A stretch of DNA of 50,362 bases, the filler included, from Catajapyx aquilonaris (taxonomy: Eukaryota), in the NCBI GenBank assembly GCA_000934665.2. It is 3 parts of 3 records of this genome, joined end to end, with 100 filler letters (N's around TTAATTAATTAA, not from the genome) between each part and the next. Parts side by side here need not be neighbours in the genome. Positions count along the whole stretch, not along the records: positions 1 to 16,634 come from JYFJ02007145.1; 2 more parts are not named here. One strand, 5' to 3'. This document shows, one piece after another, positions 1 through 10,600 of the stretch. A model generated the notes under the pieces. The model had not been told where the DNA came from and made no database searches. It saw only the letters and a list, made by a program, of their open reading frames with translations. The position numbers and the translations under genes were made by a program. The stretch's first letter is position 1. Each line of letters starts with the position of its first letter.

Positions 1-102
1 TGGCGGGAAAGGAAACGGGCTGGACCAATCAGAGAGCCCCGTTGGCGGCACAGCTCACTTCAAAGGTTGACGCCACCTTTTCTATCTAGTCACCTTACGG
101 CA

Positions 103-194
103 ACCGTCATTTGCCTGCCATCTGTAGTCATCCCCCAACACCTCCATCCCCTCCCGGCCTGGGGACGGGGCACAGATGGCAGGCAAGTGACGGT
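103..194. repeat. Inverted repeat / hairpin
   Basis: ACCGTCATTTGCCTGCCATCTGT (103-125) pairs with ACAGATGGCAGGCAAGTGACGGT (172-194): 22 of 23 Watson-Crick pairs plus one G:T. Confidence 0.85.
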
Positions 195-256
195 GGGCAG
201 GCGGACAGACAGACAGAGATAATTATATATTAATATTTTGAACATAAAATATCGAA

Positions 257-517
257 GGGAGGCATGGTGGTCTGGTGGTTACGCCACTGGCCAGCCAAGC
301 GGGAGGCCGGGGTTCGAATCCCGTCCCCGTCAGCTCTGCTTGGCCGGGTCTTGTTCCGCTTTTTACCCGATATGCCGCGGCAGAATTGCACTCCCTACTC
401 TGCCCAGGGCCAGGAGAAAAGGTCTGGTGTATTTCAGAATCAGAAATGACTTAGAATTCAGCTCCCCCCCTTCCCCCTAAAAGGGCTCCTCCCTACCACG
501 GGGTATTTTTTTAAAAA
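257..517 (+). mobile_element. tRNA-derived SINE
   Basis: A-box-like TGGTCTGGTGG (268-278) and B box GGTTCGAATCC (311-321) at tRNA spacing; GC-rich body; T/A tail; imperfect flanking duplication aacataaaatatcgaa (241-256) / aacatgaaatattgaa (518-533). Confidence 0.7.
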
Positions 518-1659
518 AACATGAAATATTGAAAATTAATATTTTGAACATAAAATATCGAAAATTAATATAATGAACATAAACGATCGGAAATTGACAT
601 GTTTCACATCGTAATATTGACAATCGAAAAATGGACATGTTTGCCTACCAACCCACAACAATGGCTACTATCTGACAAAGTTCGACCCCCTCAACTCATT
701 CAGTCCATTAAAGTACCCAATCTCTTGAACCACATTTGACCTCCAATATTCCCTCCGTGCGAAATGGACCGTGTGAACCCACCCATCAGCCGGTGGGAAA
801 CACAAACGAAAACCCTCCTGAGTATGAACCCTCACACACACACAAAAAAACATGACAACCTTTTGTACCCACCCTGTACCTTTGAATTATCCAGGGGACT
901 AAAGTGGTTATATTTTGCTCTTGTTTATTCTCCTTTATTCTCATTGGCCATTGTCGGTTTTTTGTCGGAAAAAGGGCTTTGGCAACATGGCGGCTCCATA
1001 TGCAGTGAGGTGTGTCGTCACGGAGTTCCAACCACTGTGAACAGTTAACTGAGCCTCACTTTGGTCTCATTAGCTTCTCATACAGCTTCTCAAAAATGGC
1101 GGGGGGTCCCACAAATTTAATCTAGGGATCAATAGATTCCAGCAGAATAATATATGGGGGGGTGTTCGAAAATGATTGGCACCGAATTAAAGTAAGTGGC
1201 ACTGATTGGCGGATACCAAAACGGAAGTTGATTTATATTAAAACCGGTTGGAATTCCGGTAGTAAATGTTTACTTTCCGATTGGGGGGCATTGCCAAAAT
1301 ATGGCGGTTTTTTATTTTTATTGGAGCTGATCTGTGCCGCGGTTTTGTTGACACTCACCAATATTCACATCGCGTACTTGTTTACAATGGTGGGGGGACC
1401 TATATGGCGAATTATGATAAATTCCTGTGATGTAATTACATCTGGTGTAATATCAGTTGATGGAGTCATGCAGAGGCTGGAATCTGGCTGTTTTGGGCTT
1501 GACTCTAATCCGGAAGCGGATCAAGGCCAAATCAACCGTGAGCACCGCCACAGTGCCCCCCTCACAATTTTTCTGTGGCTTTTTCTACTCTCTAAACGGC
1601 CGATAAGAACTATAAACGGTAGCCTCGTCCCAGGCCATAAGCTTGGCCTCTGGTTGATA

Positions 1660-2810
1660 TACTGCATAATATCTACAATCGATATAGGCAATGGAAATAT
1701 CGAAAATAGATGCAGTGTGCATCAAAATATAGATAAGTTATATTGGACATTCAAATATATATTGTACAATGAAATATCGATACTTGTACAATGAAATATC
1801 GATACTTGTACAATGAAATATCGATACTTGTACAATGAAATATCGATACTTGTACAATGAAATATCGATACTTGTGCATTCATATCGATGCTACACTTTG
1901 AGTTGTCGGTGTTACACTTGAGATATCGATATATAGTGCATAATATATAATATCGATATGTTGTGTGAATTATTGAAATATCTATATGTTACCGGTGAAC
2001 AATGAAATGGCAACGTTGCCTAATCAAAAATCGATGTTACATAATGAAATATGGATGCTACTTAATGAAATATCAGTGCTATACAGTATAATGAAATATC
2101 GATATGTTGAGTAAGGAAATACCTATATGCTACATGATAAAATATCGATGTATTGCTTCATGAAATATCGATGTATAGTGCATATGAAATATCAATATGA
2201 TAGTGTATTGTAATATCGACATGTTATCGGTACATGATGAAATGTCTAACGTAAAATTGGTATTTATACATTATGAAATATTGATATGTGTAATGTAATA
2301 TACATGTTACATGAGGAATTACCTACATGCTACATAAAATATCGATATATTACATGATGAAATAGCGATAAATTAGGCTACTAATTACATGATGAAATAT
2401 TTATATGCTACGTCATGAAATATCGATATGGTACATGGTTAATGTTAATGTGACCAAGGAAAAATTGATGTTACATAAGGAAATAGGTTTGATAAAATAT
2501 CGATATTTTACACAATAGAATATCGATGTTTTACATAATAGAATGTCGATGTTTTGCATAATAGAATATCGATATTTTACATAATAGAATATCGATGTTT
2601 TGCATAATAGAATATCGATATTTCACATAATAGAATATCGATATTTCACATAATAGAATATCGATATATTACGTGATAAAATATCGATGTGTTACATAAT
2701 GAAATGTCGATCATGATGTCAATATATTGCATAATGAAATATCAATATATTGCGCATTAACATATATCGAAAATCCACGTACTGCAATAGAAAATATCAA
2801 AATATCAATC
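1660..2810. repeat. ATCGAT-core minisatellite (22-23 bp units)
   Basis: Five exact copies of TTGTACAATGAAATATCGATAC from 1762; CATAATAGAATATCGATATTTTA-like copies at about 2510-2670; degenerate copies throughout. Confidence 0.9.
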
Positions 2811-3429
2811 TCTGACCACAGTAAAACGCCACAGTATCATATTTCATAACCAGAGGACACTACCCGATCAGCCAATGAAGCCAGATCGTGAGATCAACCC
2901 GTAGGCGAATCAATCTGAGAAGTGGCGCCACCTGTCCGTGGTGGGTTAGACAAGGGGCCAAAACGACCCCGAAGAAATGGGAGGTGGCGGTTTCCGTTAC
3001 CGTCTCCCCATTATTTCCGTGGCGGTGTAATTCGAGGTCTGCTGCCATTGTGGGCCAGACAGACACGAGCCGCTCTTCGTCCCCCTCCCATGGTTGGAGG
3101 CAGTTTGTGTCCCTGGAGATGGGGACTTCCACTTGAGTTAGGGACTCGACCCCCTTTTCCTGGATGTCCCCGAGGGAGACCCAGGGAGAAAAGGCACTCA
3201 CGGAAACGACAATCGCATGTTTTCACTGCTTTCTTTCCGCCTCCGGGGGTCACTCTGATCGGGACGCATCGGATTGGGAAAATATTTCGATTGTTGGACA
3301 AGTGTAGGCCAGATGGAGCCGTGTTGGTGTCATCTGTATGGGTTTTGGGCGACCGCACCAGTACTGTCCGTCTCACGGCCCTGCCAGGCATGGTCTGTCG
3401 TATTTGCTATAGGTCTGTGTACAGATCGT

Positions 3430-4310
3430 CATCAAAATTGATATGTTGTGGTATTGAAATGTTAAAATCGTTTTTTGCACATTTCAGTTTCAAAAATTGA
3501 TGTGCCGTTTATCATAATATCGGATATTGATATATTGAATATCTCATCAGTACCGGTATCAAATATCAATATGTCGTACCTCAAAATATTGAAAATCGAT
3601 ATATATTGGAAGCTAATATATAGAGAAGTGTTTGTAAATTGATGTATTGAAAATCGATACTTATTATGTGTCTAATTGTTAAAGTCGATGTTTTTCAGTT
3701 ATAATTATCTCAAAAATCGATGTGCCGTACAAAAAAATATTGGATACCCGTATCGATATGTTGTACATCAAAATATCGAACATCGATATATTTTGAAATC
3801 GATATATTTTGAAATCGATATGTAGGATATCTGAATATCGGAAATCGATGTGTTGAGCATGAGAATATCGAACATCGATATATTTAAAATCGATATGTAG
3901 GATGTCTGAATATCGGAAATCGATGTGTTGAGCATGAAAATATCGAACATCGATATATTTAAAAATCGATATGTAGGATATCTGAATATCGGAAATCGTT
4001 GTATTGAGCAGGAAAATATCGAACATCGATATAATTATTTGAATTCGATATGTAGGATATTTGAATATAGGAAATCGTTGTATTGAGCATGAAAATATCG
4101 AACATCGATATAATTATTTAAAATCTATATGTAGGATATCTGAATATCGGAAATCGTTGTATTGAGCATGAAAATATCGAACATCGATATATTTAAAAAT
4201 CGATATGTAGGATATCTGAATATCGGAAATCGATGTATTGGGCATCAAATTAGCAGAAATCGATATGTTGAACATAAAATATCGAAAATCAATGTATTAA
4301 GCCTATAACG
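3430..4310. repeat. ATCGAT-core minisatellite with a higher-order unit of about 75 bp
   Basis: Repeated AAATCGATATGTAGGATATCTGAATATCGGAAATCGATGTGTTGAGCATGAAAATATCGAACATCGATATATTT at about 3810-4240. Confidence 0.9.
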
Positions 4311-4330
4311 ATTTCTAATCCAAATTTCAG

Positions 4331-4632
4331 TGTTCCAAGAGCTGTGGCGGAGGCTGGAAGACCCGTCCGGTCAAATGTCAGCAGATTCTGGCCCTAGGTC
4401 ACGTAGTGGACAAAGACTCTGCCCACTGTCCAGACAACAAGCCTATCGATAGACGTGCCTGCAACCAAAGACCATGTCGTGAGGAAGTAGCCCCAAGGAT
4501 CGCCTCTTCCACCAACCAGTCTTACATACAGGTCACCCCAAAGGAGAAGTTGACCCTGAAGATCGGAGGTCAGGCCGTCGTCTTCCAAGGAACCACCGTC
4601 AAGATCAAATGTCCCGTCAAACGGTTCAACAG
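4331..4632 (+). CDS. madd-4: ADAMTSL exon: TSP1 repeat and start of Ig domain
   Basis: tttcag|TGT...AACAG|gtgggt; CSKSCGGGWKTRPVKCQQILALGHVVDKDSAHCPDNKPIDRRACNQRPC...KIGGQAVVFQGTTVKIKCPVKRFN. Confidence 0.93.
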
Positions 4633-7600
4633 GTGGGTCACTAAACTTTTTTTAGCCAACTTTTTCCACTTTTTTTCCATCATATCTGAGGGGGAAAGTG
4701 GTTGGCGCAGATGGGGATCTACTACAACTGGTTCCAGCCCGGTTGTTATCGAGTTTTTTGTGTGTAGGACCCCTTGACGACATGTGCGCCACGTGAAATT
4801 GCTGCAGCTAATGGTGGGACCCACGTTTGATGAGATTGAGTATTGATTTGAAGGAAACTATTGCTTACTTTTTTGGGAAGTTGGACGATAGTAATAGTCG
4901 GTATCGAAAAATATCTGAAGTGTAAAATCCACATTTTAAGTTGAAATTGAAGTGGAAAAATCATATTTTAAGTGGAAAATTCTTCCAGTTATTCTTCTAA
5001 TATAAGCTTGGAATATCTACATTTTATGTGGAAAATCTTTCATTATATATTCTACTAGTTTAAGTGGAAAATCCTGTCATTTACTCTTTCTAATATATAT
5101 GGAAAAATCTATATTTTAAGCGGAACAGGTGGAAAATTCCACTTTTAAGTGGAAATGTAAGTGGAAAAAGTTTCCATATATTCTTCTAATGTAAGTTTAC
5201 ATTTTGAGTGGACATATAGGTGAAAATTCACTGCTTAAGTGGAAATATAAGTGGAAAATCCACATTTTAAGGGGAAATATAAGTGGAAATCCGCATTTTA
5301 AGTGGAAATATAAGTGAAAATCCGCATTTTAAGCGGAAATATAAGTGAAAATCCCAAATTTAAGTGGAAATATAAATGGAAAATCTTTCGATTCATTCTT
5401 CTAATATAAATGGAAAATTCTTCGATTTAATCTTCTACTCTAAGTGGAAGAGTAAGCGGAAAATTCGCTGTTTAAGTGGAAATATCAGTGGAAAATTCTT
5501 CAATTTCTTCTTCTAATATAAGTTGAAAATCCACATCTTAAGCCGAAATATAAGTGGAAAATCCTTCCACGTATTCTTCTAATATGTGTGAAAAACCCTA
5601 ATTTTAAGTGGGAATATAAGTGGAGATTCCAATTATAAGTGGAAAAGCTTTCAATTTATTCGTATAATATAAATGGAAGATTCTGCGATTTAATCTTCCA
5701 TTATAAGTCGAAATGTAAGTGGAAAATTCGCTGTTTAACTGGAAATATCAGTGGAAAATTCGCTGTTTAAGTGGAAATGTCAGTGGAAATTTTTTCAATT
5801 TATGATGCTAATATAAGTGAAAAACTCACATTTTAAGTGGAAATGTAAGTGGAAAATCCTTCCACTTATTTTACTAACATACGTGGAAAAGTTTTGGTTT
5901 TTCTCACACTGTTATACCATCTCCAGAAAACATTTTTCTCCTGGAAAGGAGCCAGAAAATTTATTGTTGTCAGCCATGTTGTCGCTGTCTATACTGTATA
6001 AAAAGGCAGGTCCGTTTGTGTCCATATAAAAGCGAACGTTCGTCTGTCTGTCCATAGAATGCAGTGTGAAGTCGCTTCTTCTGGCAATTGTAATTACAAA
6101 ACTGATTTCCGGATTCAAAATTCAGGCGCCTTATTCAAAACGCATCTCATTAAAAAACTATGGAAAAAAATAGAGATCCTTTTATGGAAACATGGAGTCG
6201 GGTAGGATCGGTTTTTCCGGCCTACTGAGAATCTTGATTAAAAACCGACTTTTTTTGTTGGCAAAATTGAATTTTCTCGGCCAAGCGGAAAATTGAATAG
6301 GCCCGCTTTGCCGCGTTAAAGCCCCCGTACATCCTCCAGTCATAAAACCGGACTCATCTTCTGCCTCCGCGGATGATAATAAATGATGGCTGCTCGCTAT
6401 CGCTTCACAAAAAAAAAGGGGGGGGGGGAAGCCNGGGGGAAGCTAAATTGGAAGTGACGTTGGTAGGATATTTTGTAATTTTTTTAGCCAATTGGATTGT
6501 TTGTTGTTTTCAGGGCCAAGATCATGTGGGCCAAGAACCATGAGTATATCAAGAAGTCCAAGAAGTACGGGGTGTCCAAGAAGGGGGCGCTCAGGATCAG
6601 GGAGGTCACGTTCAGCGATAGTGGGATCTACACTTGCATAGGTAAGAAGTTCAAAAGCTATTCGTTGTGCTCAAAAGTGTTTCATTTGGCTAAATGACTG
6701 TGGACTAATATTTTTAAAGCTATTTTGAAGATGGAAGGTTATGTGCTATTTGCGTTATTTTTCAATATAAAGTAACTGCTATTGTCATGAGGTATGAATC
6801 ACTGCTATTATCATGATTTACAATAAACTCAGTGCTATTGTCATGAGTAATTATCAAATCACTGCTACTTTCAAGAGTTATGGTCAAATCACTGCTACTT
6901 TCAAGAGTTATGGTCAAATCACTGCTACTTTCATGACTTCGTGAATTCACTGCTACTTTCATGACTTAGTGAATTCACTGCTAATTCCACATGAACTCGC
7001 TGCTACTTTATGACTTAGTGAATTCACTGCTACTTTCATGACTTAGTCTTAGTGAATTCACTGCTACTTTCATGACTTAGTCTTAGTGAATTCATGCTAT
7101 TTTCATGACTTAGTCTTAGTGAATTCACTGCTACTTTCATGACTTAGTCTTAGTGAATTCACTGCTACTTTCATGACTTAGTCTTAGTGAATTCATGCTA
7201 TTTTCATGACTTAGTCTTAGTGAATTCACTGCTACTTTCATGACTTAGTCTTAGTGAATTCACTGCTACTTTCATGACTTAGTCTTAGTGAATTCACTGC
7301 TACTTTCATGACTTAGTCTTAGTGAATTCACTGCTACTTCCACATGAACTCGCTGCTACTTAATGACTTACGGCGAAATGACTGGCATTTGAATGCTTAT
7401 AGAACGTGACGGAAGAGTGACTGAAAAAAAATCCCCCATTTTCAGCTGGGCAGTCGTCTGCGAATCTGACGTTGACGGTGAAACAGATCCCGAGTCATTT
7501 CCTGGCGTCGGAAGAAATGGAACGAACCCGAGGAATTGGAGCGCGAAATCCTTTATTAGGAACAAACATTGTCGGCCCTGGAAGCTTCGAGACCAAGGAA

Positions 7601-10600
7601 GATCCCAACGGTGACTCTGGAACCAGGCATTTCGTCCTATCTGCTGGTAAATATTACTTTGCCCCACCAGCATATCCTATGTACAAAATTGAGAGGCGGA
7701 TTTCCACCCAATATAGCTTTAATCACGTTCTTTGATAGCGCTTATGAGTCGCGAGCGCTTACCGTGATCAGCTAATTAACTGGCCGCCCGGCCCGTTAAC
7801 CCGTTGTTGTCTTTTAGTCTTACTCAAATATCCTGCATGTTTACATTATTTAGCTGTTTATTATTAAGTAGCTTCTTCTAACAGTTGTTATTAGCCACTA
7901 CTTTTAATGGTTATTAATAATCAGCTACTTCTATCATACTTATATTAATAACTACTTGCTAATCATATCAGACAGTAGATCAGTAGTTTTAGATATTAAT
8001 AGCTACTTATTAATAACTGATAGAAGTAGCTGCTTATTAATAAGCAGCTACTTCTATCACATTAATAAGCAGCCACTAGCATCTGTTTCGTAAGCAGTTT
8101 ATTATAAGTAACTAATAAGCTACTACTTCTATGATATATTAACAAGCTAACAAGTGTACCTGTGCATCTAAGCAGTTACTTCTACCAGTTATAAATAAAC
8201 AGCTACTTCTGTCAGATATTGATAGCTGCTTCTTAATAAACCGCTACGTCTGTCACTTTAATAGTAGCTGCTTAATAATAAGCAGCTACTAGTGGTTGCT
8301 TATTAAACTGATAAGTAGCTATATATTTATAACTGATAATCAGTTATAAATAAATAGCTACTTATATCAGTTATAACCACACATCTACTTATATCAGGTA
8401 TAAGCAAACAGCTACTTCTATCAGATATTGATAGCTGCTTCTTAATAAACCACTACTTCTATCACTTTAATAAGCAGCCACTAGCAGCTGTTTATTATGA
8501 AGCTGCTACTGCTATCACATATTGATAATAACCTACTAGCAGCTGTTCATTTTAAACAGATACTAATATAAGTTATAAGCAAACACCTGCTTATATCAGT
8601 TATAAATAAATAGACCTAGGCAGGTTGATGTGGTGGTTAAGGAGTCCGACTGCTAATCAGGAGGTCCTGGGTTCGAATCCTGGGCCCGGCGATCCTGACC
8701 GTGGTTTTCTGTGGTTTTCCAGGGTCACTCCCAGGATAATTCCGGGGTCGCTTCCACATAATAAGCCACAGCCGCTTCCTTCCTTCCCTATCCTTGATGG
8801 TCCAATGGTGGTATTCCACCCCCATAATGGATCGCCGATTCTTCCGATGGGGCATAAATAAATAAAATAAATAAATAAATAAATAAATAGCTACTTCGTC
8901 ATATTAACAAGCAGTTACTAGCAGCTGTTTATTGAGCCGTTATTTCTACTACTTGTAGGTATTAACAAGAGCTGGTATTAATAAGTCATCATCATCATCA
9001 TCACCACCACCATCACGACATTTCCCTATAAGGGGTAGTCAGCGATGACGGGAGCCACAAGCTAACCCAAAATATGAACTTAATATTAAATTAAATTAAA
9101 TCCGTATTAATAAGTAATTGTTGATAATAGCTATTTCTAACTGTTATTACATATTATTAGCTTATTATACGACCTTGTCCTTCAGCATTAATTTAAACAA
9201 AGCAGTTGTTGACTCCTGGGTGCACCTGCGGTGTTTTTCCATCTCACGGCTCTTTTTCTGAGAAAGAAAAGCGGTTCTGCCGTCCAATGAAAAATAGTTT
9301 TGTCCATGAAAATTAATGCATCAGCCGCCATCAAAGCCAGGAGAAATCACCCGTGGCGCTTCCCTGTGAAAGCCTCCCCCCAAAAAAGCTTGTTGGCGGA
9401 TTAGGTAATCGCGTTTGATGTTGCCTCGTTAGCTAGGGAAAAAGAAAAGTTGAGTCCGGAAGTTGGCGATGGACCTCAGGGGTTAACGACTAATAAGGGT
9501 TTGTGACCGTTATGGTGGGGGTTTGTTGCAGCAGGGAGCAGCAGCAGGGCGCAGAAGCCGTTCATACCTGATGACGATGGGTTCAGCCATGAGTTGAAGA
9601 ATGGGGCAAAGACATGGGTGGCCACGGAGGAACCGGAACCTGAAGGAGGGAGGAAGAAGGGGAGGAAGAAGGGGAAGGGGAAGGGACGGGGGAGGGGGAG
9701 GCAGAGACAAGGTGGGACTGTCCCGACTGAGCTGGACGAACATGGAAACAACGTGGATGGGGTCACCAGGCCGGTTGACCCATGGGACATGCAGCATGGA
9801 AGTACCCTGGTGGCTGACCAGGAAAGGGTGAGTTCTGTTAACAATACCTGTGAACAAGCAGAAAGATAATAGTATCTAAATAGCTGCTATGTGTGGCACT
9901 AACAGTACTGACAAGCTTGGTCATTATGGTGACTCCTACTGCTTGACAAGGTGTCATTTGACTCTGGGATAACACACGAGACTGCTCATTTGACTGAGAA
10001 TGACTCCATGATCATTTGACAGAATGACTCCATGATCATTTGACAGAATGACTCCATGATCTTGCTCACTTGACAGAATGACTCCATAAACATTTGATAG
10101 AATGACTTCATGATCATTTGACAGAATGACTCCATGATCTTGCTCACTTGACAGAATAACTCCATGATCTTGCTCACTTGACAGAATGACTCGATGATCA
10201 TTTGACAGAATGACTCGATGATCATTTGAGAGAATGACTCGATGATCATTTGAGAGAATGACTCCATGATACTGCTCACTTGACAGAATGACTATGATAC
10301 TGCTCATTTGACTGAGAATGACTCGATGATCCTTTGAGAAAATGACTCCATGATATTGCTCACTTGACAGAATGACTCCAAGATACTGCTCACTTGACAG
10401 AATGACTCGATGATCATTTGAGAGAATGACTCCATGATCATTTGACAGAATGACTCCAGATACTGCTCACTTGACAGAATGACTATGATACTGCTCATTT
10501 GACTGAGAATGACTCGATGATCATTTGAGAAAATGACTCCATGATCATTTGACAGAATGACTTCATAATCATTTGACAGAATGACTCCATGATACTGCTC

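Noticed and set aside
4690..4745. A-box/B-box-like motifs (TGGCGCAGATGG, GGTTCCAGCCC)
   Set aside because: Spacing is too short and the B box is imperfect; at best a decayed SINE head
8614..8700. Possible functional tRNA-Ser(GCT) gene; likewise the tRNA-like head at 257-330
   Set aside because: No variable arm or clean acceptor stem; each continues into a SINE body, tail and flanking duplication
9954..10498. Repetitive ORFs (SNDHGVIL... / MIMESF...), and similar ORFs at 3679-4026, 6762-6962 and 11432-11635
   Set aside because: These are translations of intronic minisatellites, with no splice or domain support
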